64,000 bases of DNA from Ekhidna sp. (GTDB taxonomy: Bacteria; Bacteroidota; Bacteroidia; Cytophagales; Cyclobacteriaceae). The position numbers and the translations under genes were made by a program. The notes below the pieces were generated by a model. It made no database searches. It had not been told where the DNA came from and saw only the letters and a program-made list of their open reading frames with translations. This document shows, in pieces, positions 62,950-64,000 of the stretch. Location: NCBI RefSeq assembly GCF_965228795.1, contig NZ_OZ245839.1, positions 1,311,908-1,375,907 of the forward strand, given 5' to 3'. Position 1 is the first letter of the stretch. Every line of letters starts with the position of its first letter.

Positions 62950-64000
62950 GTAATGTCCTTTACGAGTTTTGACCGCAATGCAATAAACGGAGTAAGCACC
63001 GCATATAGCATGTCAACGAGAGGGAGCAACATATAGTTGATACCAAATCCCATTTTAATCGCAGCAAATCTATAACTCACTAATTTAATAAATAGGTAAA
63101 AAAGAAGAAGTACAATCAAATTTCTAAGAGAATTAAAAGGGAGAATGGTAAGAAATAGCAGCTGACTGGTATGAAAAAGCGTTAAAAAAGCCTGGTCTTT
63201 GCTCGAGTATCGATGACCAACAGATAGATGCCTCAATTTTTGATTGATATATGATTGCCATGTTTGCTTTGGATAGGTCAGTACAAGAGATTCTTCTCCC
63301 AGCAGAACTTTGGAATTGGATGGTGTCACATTTTTTTGGATAAAAAGATCATCATCCCCACCTTTAACTGATTTGATACTCTCGTATCCGCCCACCTGAT
63401 TGAAAAAAGACTCTCTAATGGCAAGATTTCTACCAACAGCCATGTACGGTTTGTACAATATTGCTTTCGAAGTATACAAAAATGCCGTCACGAAGGACTC
63501 GAATCGTATGTACTTACTTAAAAATGAATTTCCGGATAGGTAGGGGGAAGTGCCAATGATAATATCCGTTGCTGCACCTGTTTGATTAGCAATTTCATTT
63601 AACCAATTATTTGATTGTGGAATGCAATCAGCGTCCGTCATGACAAGCCAGTCACCATTTGCTTGCTCTATTGCCTGATTAAGAGCATGCTTCTTCGGAT
63701 TCCAATCTTCAGGTACCTGATCTATTACTATTGGAGTTATTTTCTTGCTTTGAAAAGATCGGAGCAGAGCCTCACTTTCATCTGTGCACCTATCCAGGGC
63801 GATGACTATTTCAAAATCTGAGTAAGACTGATTGAGTAATTCATGAATTAGCTTTTTTAAGTTTTGCTCCTCATCTCGCGCAGCAATAATCACTGAAATA
63901 GATGGCGCAGTTTGCACTTCAGCTGGCTTTTGGGATTTGGCAAATGCACTGGTCAAATACACAATAATTCCAAGGTGTGTAAAAGCAAACACGCAGGTGA
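62937..64000 (-). CDS. Glycosyltransferase family 2 (membrane-bound); 5' end probably beyond the window
   Basis: 'SVIIAARDEE', 'DRCTD', 'KK.AL', 'TDADC.P', 'GGDDDL', 'Q..RH'; no in-frame stop upstream of 63992 within the window. Confidence 0.9.
   Translation of the reverse strand, partial: TCVFAFTHLGIIVYLTSAFAKSQKPAEVQTAPSISVIIAARDEEQNLKKLIHELLNQSYSDFEIVIALDRCTDESEALLRSFQSKKITPIVIDQVPEDWNPKKHALNQAIEQANGDWLVMTDADCIPQSNNWLNEIANQTGAATDIIIGTSPYLSGNSFLSKYIRFESFVTAFLYTSKAILYKPYMAVGRNLAIRESFFNQVGGYESIKSVKGGDDDLFIQKNVTPSNSKVLLGEESLVLTYPKQTWQSYINQKLRHLSVGHRYSSKDQAFLTLFHTSQLLFLTILPFNSLRNLIVLLLFYLFIKLVSYRFAAIKMGFGINYMLLPLVDMLYAVLTPFIALRSKLVKDITWKN

Noticed and set aside
8-63821. The many short (60-130 aa) ORFs antisense or frame-shifted within longer genes, e.g. 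1941-2210, 5446-5844, 45641-46024, 57650-58003
   Set aside because: Shadow ORFs fully overlapping well-supported genes, with no recognisable motifs.
1-64000. tRNA, rRNA, riboswitch, integrase or transposase genes
   Set aside because: None recognised by eye; tRNAscan-SE and Infernal/Rfam would be needed to exclude short RNAs.

Overview
Mostly chromosomal 64 kb from a Bacteroidota bacterium, probably Cytophagales (inferred from porT next to ubiE, a T9SS C-terminal domain protein, TAnnTTTG -7 promoter elements, and DUF4290/DUF5606/DUF6588-like genes). It holds about 60 densely packed genes, including murA, rnhA, ubiE, porT, yihA, fbp, ahpC, rsgA, pdhC, hslV and rsmG, plus three ECF sigma factors, glycosyltransferases and a FecR/TonB-dependent receptor module. 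I saw no rRNA, tRNA, CRISPR array, integrase or transposase. Most interesting: (i) a ~10 kb module of a TPR sensor kinase, a LytTR regulator, a signal-peptide-bearing phage-tail-like fibre with an S74 chaperone, and a large cadherin-repeat T9SS cargo protein; (ii) a lipoprotein gene bracketed by a diverged duplicate of the murA 3' end, which looks like an insertion scar; (iii) a SRAP/HMCES homologue missing all three catalytic residues; (iv) two covarying 33-nt hairpins next to a DUF433/DUF5615 toxin-antitoxin pair, and a ~20-nt hairpin nested after TGAG in two different REP-like elements; (v) an orphan minus-strand terminator suggesting a small RNA; (vi) items the ORF track missed: a 58-aa membrane protein, the M16 peptidase start, a probable non-ATG rsmG start and a possible A7 frameshift. 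All family assignments come from reading motifs by eye; no database search was run.
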